From contig CAXWPL010000004.1 of assembly GCA_963666215.2 (NCBI GenBank), positions 704,001-768,000 on the forward strand: a stretch of DNA of 64,000 nucleotides, given 5' to 3'. Positions within the stretch are counted from its first letter, which is position 1; every line of letters starts with the position of its first letter. A model generated the notes under the pieces. The model did no database searches. It saw only the letters and a program-made list of their open reading frames with translations, and was not told where the DNA came from. Both the position numbers and the translations under genes were made by a program. Of the stretch, positions 19,332-29,672 are shown one piece after another. Source of the stretch: Acidobacteriota bacterium. Its GTDB lineage: Bacteria > Acidobacteriota > UBA890 > WLXD01.

Positions 19332-20390
19332 TCAGCCGCGCAACGTCGCCGTAAGCGCCGCGATCGCCTTGGGCCAGCTGGCGGTTTCTTTCACACGTAG
19401 GCGCCCTTCGTGCCCCAGGAGCTCGCACAGCGATTTGTCGGCGTAAAGATCGTCGATCCGACCGGCGATCGCCCCGGGCTCAGGCGGCACCACGAAACCG
19501 GTTGCACCGTCTTCGACGAACTCGAGGACGCCACCGGCGTCGTTCGAAGTCACCACCGGCTTGCCGGCGAAGAAGGCCTCGAGGGTCGTGAAGCCATAGT
19601 CCTCATCGTGTGGCGTGAGGACCATCGCAAAGCAGCCGGCGTAGAGCTCGATGACCTCCTCGTCGCTCACGAAGCCGAGAAACTGCACTCTATCGGCCAC
19701 TCCGAGCTCCTCGGCCAACGTGCCCAGATCCTCCCGATGCGGGCCGCGACCGGCGATCTTGAGCGTCACGGGGGAACGTGTCTCGGCGAGCGCGCGGATC
19801 GTCAGGTCGAGACGCTTGATGCGGTCGAGACGCCCAACAAAAAACAGGTAGTCGCCAAACGGGCCAGGGCGCAGCTCCGCGTGTAGCGGCGGCGGCGCGT
19901 AGAGCGCCTTGGCATCGGTACCGGAGTAGTGCAGCAGGCGGTTGGCGGTGTTTTGGCTGTTGGTGAACAGCGCCCGCGCCTCGCCCAGCGCCTCGAGGTC
20001 GAGATCGACGAGCGCCTGCCGCAGGCTGCGGTCTTCCTCGGAGAGGGTGAAGTTGCCGAACGGTGTGGGGTGGAGGTCGTAGACCTCGCGTTGCTGATGG
20101 AAGATCCACGCGACCTTGTTGGGGTGGCGCGCCAGATAAGACGGGTACTTGGTTGCGATCAGCAGGTCGACGCCGCCAAACACTGTATCGCGCAGATTCA
20201 CCAGGCGCCACGCGAGCGCCTGTTCCAAAGCGGATGCGTTGTGCACCCAAACATAGGGCAAGGTGCACATCTCCACCTTGTGCCCGGCGTCGACCAGCGC
20301 GCGATGCAGCAGGTCGGCATGCAACTCGGCTCCGCCCCTGAGAAACGGCGCCTGCGGAGCGGCAACGCAGATGCGGTAGGCCTGGCTCAC
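19332..20390 (-). CDS. GT4 glycosyltransferase
   Basis: PFLRGGAE, VGRLDRIKR, DEDYGFTTLEAF. Start GTG 20390 overlaps the upstream stop. Confidence 0.9.
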   Translation of the reverse strand: MSQAYRICVAAPQAPFLRGGAELHADLLHRALVDAGHKVEMCTLPYVWVHNASALEQALAWRLVNLRDTVFGGVDLLIATKYPSYLARHPNKVAWIFHQQREVYDLHPTPFGNFTLSEEDRSLRQALVDLDLEALGEARALFTNSQNTANRLLHYSGTDAKALYAPPPLHAELRPGPFGDYLFFVGRLDRIKRLDLTIRALAETRSPVTLKIAGRGPHREDLGTLAEELGVADRVQFLGFVSDEEVIELYAGCFAMVLTPHDEDYGFTTLEAFFAGKPVVTSNDAGGVLEFVEDGATGFVVPPEPGAIAGRIDDLYADKSLCELLGHEGRLRVKETASWPKAIAALTATLRG

Positions 20391-22033
20391 TCGTCGGCCC
20401 CGCCGCCACTGGCGGCGGTCGGCCGCGTGGCGTAGAGGGCGTATTCCTGCGGCGCACAACACAGGCGATCGATGCGCCCGAGCCGCTCGTTGACAGCAGC
20501 GGCGAGCTCGGCGACGCCCTCCCCCATCACCTCGCCGCCGAGCTCGAGCGGCAGCGGCCGGTCGGCGTCGGGGGTTGGTGCTTGCAAATTCACCTCGACA
20601 GGGTGCAGCCCGGCGCGGCGAGCCAGAAAAGCGACCAGCTCTGGATGCACCGGGCGGACATGGGTCGGGTCGATCACGTAGGCGCGCACCAGGGCGTAGA
20701 GGCTCTCGGGGTTGATCGTCTCGATGATCAACTTGCCGCCTGGAGCTAGCCGGGTTGCCGATAGGTCCACCAGCCGCGACCAGCTGCCAGGCGCTAGGTG
20801 CTCGATGACGTGAGTCACCACAATGCCTCCGAGCGATTCCTCTGGCTGCGCCTCGAGCCAGGCGAAGAGATCGGCGTTCTCCACGTCGAGTCCGCGACGA
20901 CGGCAGTCGTCTACGTCGGCGATGTTGAGCTCCACACCCTTGGCCGTATGGCCGGCCCCAATCAGAAGGTCGAGCAACTCACCACGGCCACAGCCGAGGT
21001 CGACCACCGGGCCGAGGTCCTTGTCGAACTGGCCGAGGTGCACCTGCAGGCGCTGCCGAATCGCTTCCGGGTCGCCGCGAAATGCGTTCTGGAACGCGAC
21101 ATACTCGTCGTCCTGGAGCCAGTCACCAGGATCCGAGCCACTGGCGAGCCCGGGCGCCGCCGCGTCGCCGCCAGACGCGGCTGCGGGTGCCGGAGTCGGC
21201 GCGGTACGCGCGGCCGCCACACGCAAACGTGTCCGCAATCCCAACAGCTCGGCTTGTGTCGCTTCGATATGCTCGATGGAACGCGCTCGCGCAGCAAGTG
21301 CGTCGAGACGCCGGTCGCGCTCCTCGAGCGCCGCACGCATTGCTTCGCCGTGCTCGGAGAGTCCCAGGGTGAGCGCGGCGTCCTTCTCGTCGAAGCGCTT
21401 GTCAACCGCTTGCGCACGCTCGACCAGAGTGGCCTCGAGCCGCTGAATGTCGTCGCCTTTGGTTAGACCGTCGCGCGCCAGGTTTTGCAGCGCCCAGAGC
21501 TCATCCTCGAGCGCGTCGAAAAGCACCGTGTGGCGGTGGCGCAGCGCTGCGTCGTAGTTGGCCATGGCCGCTTCGAGCCGTATCTCCAGAAATGTCGGAT
21601 CCTGCGACCAGAAGTCGATTGCACCGCCCAGCAACTCGATGCGGCGCTCGAGCATTCCGCCCAACGCGTTGAGGTGACGGGCGATCTCGGCGTTGAAGTT
21701 TTCCTGGCGCGTCAGGTATGGATCGAGAATCGCCTGCACGATCGGCCGCGCCAGCTTGCGGACGAGGTCGACCAGGGGCCCGACAAAGCGAGCCTTGGAG
21801 CGGAAGTTGATGGGCGCGGTGATCGACGCCAGGCTGTTCGCCGCTACGAGATGGTCGGTCGTGTGGAGGCTCGGGTCGACCGGCAGCTGGTACTTCTGTT
21901 GCCGTGGCTCGAGCGTCAGCGCGTGGTCGCCGGGCGCGCTGCCGGAGAACTTGGGCGGCGGGTGGGCGACGAGGTGTCGCTGCACCCGATCGCGGACCTG
22001 CTGGAGTCGAGCGGCTATCTCTTGTTCGTCCAT
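20387..22033 (-). CDS. Class I SAM methyltransferase with N-terminal coiled coil (glycan chain terminator-like)
   Basis: FQNAFRG, VDLGCGRGE, HVIEHL, ETINP, DPTH; long heptad-like helical N-terminal half. Confidence 0.82.
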   Translation of the reverse strand: MDEQEIAARLQQVRDRVQRHLVAHPPPKFSGSAPGDHALTLEPRQQKYQLPVDPSLHTTDHLVAANSLASITAPINFRSKARFVGPLVDLVRKLARPIVQAILDPYLTRQENFNAEIARHLNALGGMLERRIELLGGAIDFWSQDPTFLEIRLEAAMANYDAALRHRHTVLFDALEDELWALQNLARDGLTKGDDIQRLEATLVERAQAVDKRFDEKDAALTLGLSEHGEAMRAALEERDRRLDALAARARSIEHIEATQAELLGLRTRLRVAAARTAPTPAPAAASGGDAAAPGLASGSDPGDWLQDDEYVAFQNAFRGDPEAIRQRLQVHLGQFDKDLGPVVDLGCGRGELLDLLIGAGHTAKGVELNIADVDDCRRRGLDVENADLFAWLEAQPEESLGGIVVTHVIEHLAPGSWSRLVDLSATRLAPGGKLIIETINPESLYALVRAYVIDPTHVRPVHPELVAFLARRAGLHPVEVNLQAPTPDADRPLPLELGGEVMGEGVAELAAAVNERLGRIDRLCCAPQEYALYATRPTAASGGGADE

Positions 22034-22099
22034 GGCCCTCGGTTCCGCGGCCTGGCCGCGACGGCCTAGCAGGCTGTAGTGGAACCGTGGCAGGCCTGG

Positions 22100-23401
22100 C
22101 TAACGACCAACGGCGTGGTACTCGAAGCCGGCCTCGGTGACCCGCCGGCGGCGGTATACGTTGCGCAGGTCGACCATGATCGGGGCACGGACCATGCCGC
22201 GCAGCCGTTCGAGATCGAGGTTGCGGAATTGATTCCATTCTGTGGCGATGACAACAACGTCGGCCTCATGGCAGGCCTCATACGTTCCCGCGGCGTAATG
22301 AATCGAGTCGCCGAACACATGGCGAGCGTTGTCCATCGCGGCGGGATCGTAGGCGTGTACCTCGGCGCCACCATCAACCAGCCCGCGCACGATGTCGATC
22401 GTCGGGCTATCCCGCATGTCGTCGGTGTTGGGCTTGAACGACAGTCCCAGCATCGCCACCCGCTTGCCTTCGAGATCGCCGACGGCGCGGGCGATCTTTT
22501 GAACCATCAGGGCGCGCTGCCGCCGATTGGCTTCGAGCGCCGCCTCGCCGATGAGGAACTCGTAGTCGTGCTCACGAGCGGTGGCAACCAGTGAGCTGAC
22601 GTCCTTCGGGAAGCACGAGCCACCGAAGCCCGGCCCCGGGTGCAGAAACTTCGACGAGATGCGCCCGTCGAGCCCCATCGCACGAGCCACCTGATGAACG
22701 TCGGCGCCGACGGGCTCGCAGAGATTGGCGATCTCGTTGATGAACATGATCTTCGTCGCGAGGAATGCGTTTGAGGCGTACTTGATCATCTCGGCAGTCG
22801 CCACGTTGGTCACGACGAACGGCGTCTCGATGAGATAGAGCGGGCCGTAGAGCTCCTTCATGATCTCGACCGCGCGGTCGGACTCGGCGCCGATGACGAT
22901 GCGATCGGGACGCATGAAGTCCTCGATGGCCGAGCCTTCGCGCAAGAACTCCGGATTGCTGACAACGTCGAACTCGCCGCTCGAGCCCACACGTTCTTCG
23001 ATGATGCTGCGTATGCGTTCACCGGTACGCGGCGGGACCGTGCTTTTTGTGGCAATGACCTTGTAGCTGTTGAGGTGGTCGCCGATGTCGCTCGCAACCG
23101 AGTCGATGGCCGACAGGTTCGTGCTGCCGTCGCGGTTGGCGGGGGTGCCCACGGCGATGAACACGACCTGCGATCCCGATATGGCTCCGCCCACGTCTGT
23201 GGTGAACGAAATGCGGTTCTCGCGCCTGCCGTGCTCGATCTTCTCGAGCAATCCGGGCTCGTAAAACGGGACTTGGCCTCCGTTCAGAGTGTCGATCTTG
23301 CTCTGGTCGATGTCCGCGCAGGTAACCTCGAGCCCGAACTCGGCGAAACAAGCCCCCGAAACCAGGCCCACGTAGCCGGTGCCGATGACGGCGATCTTCA
23401 T
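22100..23401 (-). CDS. ugd: UDP-glucose/GDP-mannose dehydrogenase
   Basis: MKIAVIGTGYVG, KSTVP, NPEFLREG, GFGGSCFPKD, FKPNTDD. Confidence 0.95.
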   Translation of the reverse strand: MKIAVIGTGYVGLVSGACFAEFGLEVTCADIDQSKIDTLNGGQVPFYEPGLLEKIEHGRRENRISFTTDVGGAISGSQVVFIAVGTPANRDGSTNLSAIDSVASDIGDHLNSYKVIATKSTVPPRTGERIRSIIEERVGSSGEFDVVSNPEFLREGSAIEDFMRPDRIVIGAESDRAVEIMKELYGPLYLIETPFVVTNVATAEMIKYASNAFLATKIMFINEIANLCEPVGADVHQVARAMGLDGRISSKFLHPGPGFGGSCFPKDVSSLVATAREHDYEFLIGEAALEANRRQRALMVQKIARAVGDLEGKRVAMLGLSFKPNTDDMRDSPTIDIVRGLVDGGAEVHAYDPAAMDNARHVFGDSIHYAAGTYEACHEADVVVIATEWNQFRNLDLERLRGMVRAPIMVDLRNVYRRRRVTEAGFEYHAVGR

Positions 23402-23518
23402 CCGAAGACACTCCTCGAGCAGACCCGCCGCTGTTCTGCTCCGGCCTGATAGAGCGGCCGGCAAAAACCGGGCGGATCGGTTGGATGGAAGGGCCAAACG
23501 CGGTTGACGGAGGATATC

Positions 23519-24901
23519 TCAGGCTGCCGCCGGCGGCACGCCGCGTTCCGGTTGGTGTGCTTGCCGTGGCGACGATGGCTCGCTCTCTATCGCCCGCTCA
23601 ACGGCCTCGACGTAGGTTTGTCGCATGGCGGCAGGAGTGATGGCTTGGCGCGCCCAATCGCTGGCCGCGCGTGAGGCCTGCTGTCGGAGTCTGGGCTCGT
23701 CGAGCCAAGTACGAAGGGCCACGCCAAGGGCCTCGACCTCGTCGGCTCGAGCGGCGGGAGGCACGCGCTGGACGGCGGCGTCGGGAATATCACGCAGATG
23801 CAGCAGGTCGGTGACGATCACCGGCACGCCGAGCTGCATCAGCTGCTGCAGGGTTCCCGACGATGCTCGCGCGCTGGGATAGCGAAGATTGAGAGCGATG
23901 TCGACCGAGCGCAGGTGGGCGCCGAACACGTGCTCGGGCACGTAACCGACCCAGTCGACGCGATCGGCGATACCGAGGCCCTCGGCGAGCTCCGGTAGCC
24001 CGAGCGCCGGGTCCACGCCTCCCACAACGCGCAAACGGCAACGTCCGCGGTCGCGCAGCGCCGCCAGTGCCTCGAGCGCCAGATCCAAGCGGTGCTCGGC
24101 CCCAACGTGGCCGAAGCTGCCGATCGTCACTACATCACCGCTGCTGGCCGCTGGATCCGAGCCGCCGCCCGCGGTGGCCGTATCCTGGCTGGCTGACGAC
24201 GCCGCTGGATCAACGATGTCGGACCGGTCGACGGAACCGGTAGGCACCCGCCGCCAGTGAGCTACCTCTACCACCCGAGATTCCGGCACGAGCGCCCGCA
24301 GCCAGGCAGCCAGCACGCTGCCGTGAATCGCGGTCACACGACTGGCGCGCACAAGATCCTCGCAAAGAGGGAAGCGCCAGTACATCGAAGGGCTACCGAG
24401 TCCCCCAGCTACCAGCTCGCCAAGCGCGGCGCCGACACCGTCTTCAGGCCGTGCCCGGCTGGCAGCCAGCTGGTAGGAGATGAGGTCACCGCCGTCGACC
24501 GCGGTCGATGCACGCGACGGATGGAGAACGGCGTCGTGCAGCACGAGCAGCCCCGGATGCTCGGTCACGTACGGCAGCGCGTAGGCATGCAGCGGGTTGT
24601 TGCCCACCTGGTAGATGTTCAGATCATACGGTCGCTCAGCGTGCAGTCGCGCCCACTCGCGATGCGCATAGCGACGGCGATGGGGGCCTTTCTCGCCCGC
24701 CCTCGCGTGCTCCGATGCCAGCTGGCCGCTGGCGTCCGACCCCGGCTCGTCGGCACCGAAAACGTCAACCGTCCAGCTGCTCGGCAAGACGCTGAGGAGA
24801 TCCGAAACGTAGTCGGCTACTCCGGAACGAGCGGGCGGCAGAGGCGAGAACATCGCGAGGTGGCGCGCAACCAGCGCGCTCGAGAATTCAGCCTCCAACA
24901 C
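23519..24901 (-). CDS. GT4-like glycosyltransferase (SPLPP..SG.ADY type)
   Basis: FSPLPPARSGVADY, YQVGNNPLH, LHD, NLRYPS. Start uncertain (GTG 24901). Confidence 0.8.
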   Translation of the reverse strand: MLEAEFSSALVARHLAMFSPLPPARSGVADYVSDLLSVLPSSWTVDVFGADEPGSDASGQLASEHARAGEKGPHRRRYAHREWARLHAERPYDLNIYQVGNNPLHAYALPYVTEHPGLLVLHDAVLHPSRASTAVDGGDLISYQLAASRARPEDGVGAALGELVAGGLGSPSMYWRFPLCEDLVRASRVTAIHGSVLAAWLRALVPESRVVEVAHWRRVPTGSVDRSDIVDPAASSASQDTATAGGGSDPAASSGDVVTIGSFGHVGAEHRLDLALEALAALRDRGRCRLRVVGGVDPALGLPELAEGLGIADRVDWVGYVPEHVFGAHLRSVDIALNLRYPSARASSGTLQQLMQLGVPVIVTDLLHLRDIPDAAVQRVPPAARADEVEALGVALRTWLDEPRLRQQASRAASDWARQAITPAAMRQTYVEAVERAIESEPSSPRQAHQPERGVPPAAA

Positions 24902-27842
24902 GAGCCGTCTCCGACACGGCAGCCGAGGTTGCCGCCGGCACCCCCAGCTCACTGGCTGGCTGTGACTGGGCCCCCTGCCGATTCCTTTGACGAGCAGCCG
25001 CCAGCAACGGCGCCAAGTACACGCCGGTGACGCTCTCCGGAGTCGCCGCGATTTCCTCCGGTGTACCGGTTGCTACCACCTCGCCGCCGGCGAAGCCGCC
25101 CGCTGGACCCAGATCGATGATGTGGTCGGCACATTTGATCACCTCGAGGTTGTGCTCGATGACGATCATCGTATTGCCGCGGCGCACCAGTGTGTCGAGC
25201 ACGCCCAGGAGTCGGCGGACGTCTTCGAAGTGCAGCCCGGTCGTCGGCTCGTCGAGGAGGTAGAGCGTGCGGCCCGTCGCCCGGCGGGCGAGCTCGCGTG
25301 CCAGCTTGAGCCGTTGAGCCTCGCCGCCCGAGATCGTCGTCGCCTGCTGGCCAAGCCTCAGATAGCCAAGCCCGACCTCACGCAACGTGTCGAGCTTGAT
25401 GGCCAGGCCGGGGACGGCCGCGAAGTGCTCGAGGGCTTCGTCGATGGTGAGCTCGAGCACCTGTGAAATGTCCAAGCCGCGATAGCGGACCTGCAACGTC
25501 TCGGCGTTGTAGCGGCGCCCATTGCATTCTTCGCACGTGGCGTAGACGTCGGGCAGGAAGTGCATCTCGATCTTCTTGAGCCCGCCGCCCTTGCATTCCT
25601 CGCAGCGGCCTCCTGCGACGTTGAACGAGTAGCGCCCTACGTCGTAGCCACGCACGCGGCTGTCGGGCAGCGCGGCGAATAGTTGCCGGATCACCGTGAA
25701 GGCCCCCGAGTAGGTCGCGGGGTTCGACCTGGGAGTGCGCCCGATCGGATCCTGGGTAACGGCAACTACCTTGTCGATAGCCTCGGCGGCCTCGATGCCG
25801 GCGTGCAGGCCGACGGTGTCGGAGGCGTTGTAGAGCCGTCTGGCGAGCTCGCGGTAGAGGGTTTCCGTGACCAGGCTGCTCTTGCCCGATCCAGAGACAC
25901 CGGTCACGACGGTCAGGCAGCCCAGCGGGAAGGCGACGTCGACGTTCTTCAGGTTGCGGTGCCGTGCGCCGAGAACCCGTACGTGAGTGGGAGCGTCGGG
26001 CTCGTCGAGAGGGGCCACCGGCGTTCGACGGCGGCCGGGAACCGGAATCTGACGGCGACCCGACAGATACGCGCCCGTGAGCGATCTTGGGTGCGCTGCG
26101 ATGGCTTCGGGGGGACCTTCAGCAACGGCGTAGCCGCCCTGTTCGCCGGCGCCCGGCCCGAGGTCGATCACCCAGTCGGCGGCGCGGATGGTCGCCTCGT
26201 CGTGTTCCACCACGATGACCGTGTTGCCGAGGTCACGGATCGCACGCTGTGCGTCGATCAGCCTCTGGTTATCACGAGCATGCAGCCCGATGCTCGGCTC
26301 GTCGAGAACGTAGAGCACGCCGCGGAGCCGCGAGCCGATTTGCGTGGCCAAGCGAATCCGCTGGCTCTCACCGCCAGCCAGGCTGCGTGCCGAGCGGTCG
26401 AGCGTGAGGTACCCCAATCCGACCTGCCGCAGGAAGTCGAGTCGCTCACGAACTTCCTTGAGGATGGGCTCTGAGATCCGGTGCAGTCGCGTCGCCACCT
26501 TCAGTGTGGCTACTCGTTCGGCGGCCTCGTCGACGGTGAGCGCGGTCAACGCGGCAATGGAGTACTCGCCGAGCCGCACGGCCAGACTTTCCGGTCGCAG
26601 TCGCGCACCCTCACAGTCGGCGCAGGCTGCCTGTTGCATGAACGATTCCAGCCGGCGGAGGGATCGTCCAGTGCCAGCCTGGCGGTAGGCTCGCTCGAGG
26701 GCGGGAATGACTCCTTGGAAACCGCGGCCCAGCGCCCGATCGAGGTAATCGTGGTCGTCGCGCCGCTGAAGCTTGAACCGCAAGGGCTTGCCGTCGGCCG
26801 GACCGTGCAGCAGCAGCTCGCGGAACTCCTGCGGCAACTCAGTCCAGGGTGTGCGCGGCTTGATGTCGAACTTGCGGCAAAGTGCGCGCAGAAAACGAAG
26901 CGGATAGGCAGCACCGCGCCAGGGAGCGATAGCCTCATCGAGGAGCGACAGGGCGGTGTCGGGAACGATCCTGGCTGCATCGAACCGCGGAGCAGTGCCG
27001 AGACCGCCGCACGCCGCGCATGCGCCACGCGGGCTGTTGAACGAGAACGACCGTGGCTCCAGATCGGGGATGCTGATGCCGCAATGCGGGCACGCCAATC
27101 GGTTCGAATACAGATGATCGCCCTCGCCAACGACGTTGACGATGACCACCCCGTCGCCGAGCTGCAACGCGATCTCGATGGCGTCGTGCAGCCGCGCTTC
27201 GATCGAAGGCCGCAAGACCACCCGATCGACCACCACCTCGATATCGTGCTGGACATTACGAGCGAGCTCGATCGGCTCGCCGAGCTCACGCACACGACCG
27301 TCGATACGAGCGCGAGCAAAGCCGCTGCGTGCGAGCCGCGCTAGCTCCTTGCGGTATTCGCCCTTGCGACCCTTGACGATGGGTCCGAGCACCTGCAGGC
27401 GAGCACCGCCGGGCAGCTTCTGAATTTGCTGAACGATCTGGCGCGCGCTCTGCGACGTCACCGCCCTGTCGCACTGCGGGCAGTGTGGAGTACCGACGCG
27501 GGCGTACAACAAACGCAGGTAGTCGTAGATCTCGGTGACGGTTCCAACCGTGGAACGCGGGTTACGACTGGTGGTCTTCTGATCGATCGCAATCGCCGGC
27601 GACAGCCCCTCCACACGATCGACGTCCGGGCGCTCCATCTGCTCGAGGAACTGCCGCGCATAGGCCGAGAGCGATTCCACGTAGCGACGCTGGCCTTCCG
27701 CGTACAGAGTGTCGAAAGCCAATGAAGACTTGCCCGACCCCGAAGGGCCCGTAATCACAATGAGCCCGAACCGCGGCAGGTCCAGGTCGAGGTCGCGTAG
27801 GTTGTGTTGTCGGGCTCCGCGAACGCGGATGCAGTCGATCAT
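24888..27842 (-). CDS. uvrA: Excinuclease ABC subunit A
   Basis: GARQHNL, two Walker A motifs (GPSGSGKSS, GVSGSGKSS), Zn fingers, LDEPSIGLH and LDEPTTGLH. Confidence 0.98.
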   Translation of the reverse strand: MIDCIRVRGARQHNLRDLDLDLPRFGLIVITGPSGSGKSSLAFDTLYAEGQRRYVESLSAYARQFLEQMERPDVDRVEGLSPAIAIDQKTTSRNPRSTVGTVTEIYDYLRLLYARVGTPHCPQCDRAVTSQSARQIVQQIQKLPGGARLQVLGPIVKGRKGEYRKELARLARSGFARARIDGRVRELGEPIELARNVQHDIEVVVDRVVLRPSIEARLHDAIEIALQLGDGVVIVNVVGEGDHLYSNRLACPHCGISIPDLEPRSFSFNSPRGACAACGGLGTAPRFDAARIVPDTALSLLDEAIAPWRGAAYPLRFLRALCRKFDIKPRTPWTELPQEFRELLLHGPADGKPLRFKLQRRDDHDYLDRALGRGFQGVIPALERAYRQAGTGRSLRRLESFMQQAACADCEGARLRPESLAVRLGEYSIAALTALTVDEAAERVATLKVATRLHRISEPILKEVRERLDFLRQVGLGYLTLDRSARSLAGGESQRIRLATQIGSRLRGVLYVLDEPSIGLHARDNQRLIDAQRAIRDLGNTVIVVEHDEATIRAADWVIDLGPGAGEQGGYAVAEGPPEAIAAHPRSLTGAYLSGRRQIPVPGRRRTPVAPLDEPDAPTHVRVLGARHRNLKNVDVAFPLGCLTVVTGVSGSGKSSLVTETLYRELARRLYNASDTVGLHAGIEAAEAIDKVVAVTQDPIGRTPRSNPATYSGAFTVIRQLFAALPDSRVRGYDVGRYSFNVAGGRCEECKGGGLKKIEMHFLPDVYATCEECNGRRYNAETLQVRYRGLDISQVLELTIDEALEHFAAVPGLAIKLDTLREVGLGYLRLGQQATTISGGEAQRLKLARELARRATGRTLYLLDEPTTGLHFEDVRRLLGVLDTLVRRGNTMIVIEHNLEVIKCADHIIDLGPAGGFAGGEVVATGTPEEIAATPESVTGVYLAPLLAAARQRNRQGAQSQPASELGVPAATSAAVSETARVGG

Positions 27843-28143
27843 CGCTGGAGGCGTCCGTATCTTCCGTTATCTATCGATATCGTACTGTCATGGACAGGAT
27901 GTTCTCGCTAGCCGGGGCGCACACTGTACGTGACGTGTGGTCAGACCCGCGTAGCCGATCCAATTTAGCGCAACCTCCGCCGTGACCACAGCCGACCGCC
28001 GCAGATCGCCGTCGGGTCGCCTTCTGGGCTGGCGGCGACGCTGCCAACGCGCGCGACATGGCATCCTGGCGGACGCCGAGCGTCACGTTTGCACTCGTGC
28101 GCGTGCGGCGCACCGTCCGCCGGCCAGGAGCGCGAGCGACGAG

Positions 28144-29010
28144 ATGACCACACTAGAAGGCCCTGGAGGCACGCTCTTCGTCGTAGCCACGCCAATCGGC
28201 AACCTCAGCGACATCAGCAACCGCGCGCTCCAGACACTCGAGCGTGTGGAGCTCGTGTTGGCCGAAGACACGCGCAGAACAGGCGCCTTGCTCGCGCACT
28301 TCGACATGCGTCGCCCACTGCTCTCATACCACGAACACAACGAGGCAGAGCGTGCCGCTGCCGCGCTAGAGCGACTCCAGGCGGGCGCATCGATCGCACT
28401 GCTGACCGACGCCGGCACGCCAACGATCTCGGACCCCGGGTACCGGCTGGTGGCGGCAGCGGCGGCGGCCGGCATCAGAATCGTCCCGCTGCCGGGAGCC
28501 AGCGCGCCGATCGCCGCACTGATGGCGTCTGGCCTGCCTACCCATCGGTTCGTTTTTCTGGGGTTCGCGCCGCGCTCCAGCGCGGCCCGGCGCAAGCTCT
28601 TCGAATCGCTGGTGGGAGAACCCGGAACGTTGATCTTCTTCGAGTCTCCGCGGCGGCTAGAGCGCACCCTGGCCGAAGCCGCAGAGGTCCTGGGACCCCG
28701 TCGACCCGCCTGCGTCGCTCGCGAAATCACCAAGCTCCACGAGGAGTTCCTGCGCGGCAGCCTAGCGGATATCCTTGACGATCTGGCCCGCAAGCCGGCG
28801 CGTGGGGAGGTCACTGTCTGTGTCGCCGGTAGCAGCGGACTGCCGAAGCCCGTGGCGACAAGCCTCAGCACAAACGAGCTCCGTAGGCGCTATGAAGCCC
28901 TGCTCGCCGACGGTCTCGAGCGCCGCCAAGCTCTGCGACAATTAACAACCGAGACCGGAGGCTCGCGCCGCGAGATCTACGGTCGACTCTTCGCACAAAC
29001 AGAGTCGTGA
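28144..29010 (+). CDS. rsmI: 16S rRNA C1402 2'-O-methyltransferase
   Basis: VVATPIGNL, AEDTR, DAGTPTISDPG, FESPRR, REITKLHEE. Confidence 0.95.
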   Translation: MTTLEGPGGTLFVVATPIGNLSDISNRALQTLERVELVLAEDTRRTGALLAHFDMRRPLLSYHEHNEAERAAAALERLQAGASIALLTDAGTPTISDPGYRLVAAAAAAGIRIVPLPGASAPIAALMASGLPTHRFVFLGFAPRSSAARRKLFESLVGEPGTLIFFESPRRLERTLAEAAEVLGPRRPACVAREITKLHEEFLRGSLADILDDLARKPARGEVTVCVAGSSGLPKPVATSLSTNELRRRYEALLADGLERRQALRQLTTETGGSRREIYGRLFAQTES

Positions 29011-29098
29011 GCACGAGCCGCCGATCCCTCACACACAGCCACCGACGATCGACCCCCACCCGACCATCGACATCACCGAACACCGAGAGGACGACGCC

Positions 29099-29542
29099 AT
29101 GCGAGCAGCGCGCGTTGCAGCTCTGACCCTCATCACCGCGCTAGCAGCCGCTTGCTCCGCTCCGTCGGCCGACGAACTGGTGCTCGACGTGCTGCAGCGG
29201 CGTACGCAGTACGACGTCACACCCACCTCCTGGGCCATCCTCGATAGCGGCGCCGCGCCGCACATCTACGTCGACGTGCAGGTGGTGAATAACAGCCAGG
29301 GATCGCTTCAGACGCTTACCGTGCTGGTCAAGCAGCTCGACATCGACAACGGCGTGCTTGGTGAACAACGGGTAGTGCTCGACGTTTCCGCCCTCACCCC
29401 GGGAATCGGCCAAGGCGTCGGCATGGAGGTCCGTCCGGTGCAGCCGAACGTCGAAGGGATCAGCGTCGAGCTCGAAGGCAATCCACCTCGAGATGCCTGG
29501 CGAGAGTTCCCGGAGCTCGACGCGGTCAGACCGCGCATCTAG
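29099..29542 (+). CDS. Hypothetical lipoprotein
   Basis: GAGGA RBS upstream, lipobox LAAA-C, beta-rich mature part. Confidence 0.7.
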   Translation: MRAARVAALTLITALAAACSAPSADELVLDVLQRRTQYDVTPTSWAILDSGAAPHIYVDVQVVNNSQGSLQTLTVLVKQLDIDNGVLGEQRVVLDVSALTPGIGQGVGMEVRPVQPNVEGISVELEGNPPRDAWREFPELDAVRPRI

Positions 29543-29672
29543 CAGCCGCTGGCGCCGATGGGCGGGCCGCAGCGCTCGACTCTTGGCTAGCGGAAACTCG
29601 ACGTTCCGACTGCCGCCGGAACGGTGGCGCCGGGACCAGCGGCCAAGCCTCGCGGCCAGGACGCGGGCGGCG

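Noticed and set aside
27541-27556. parS-like GTTCCAACCGTGGAAC in uvrA
   Set aside because: The spacing is two bases too long, and it encodes the conserved RSTVGT motif.
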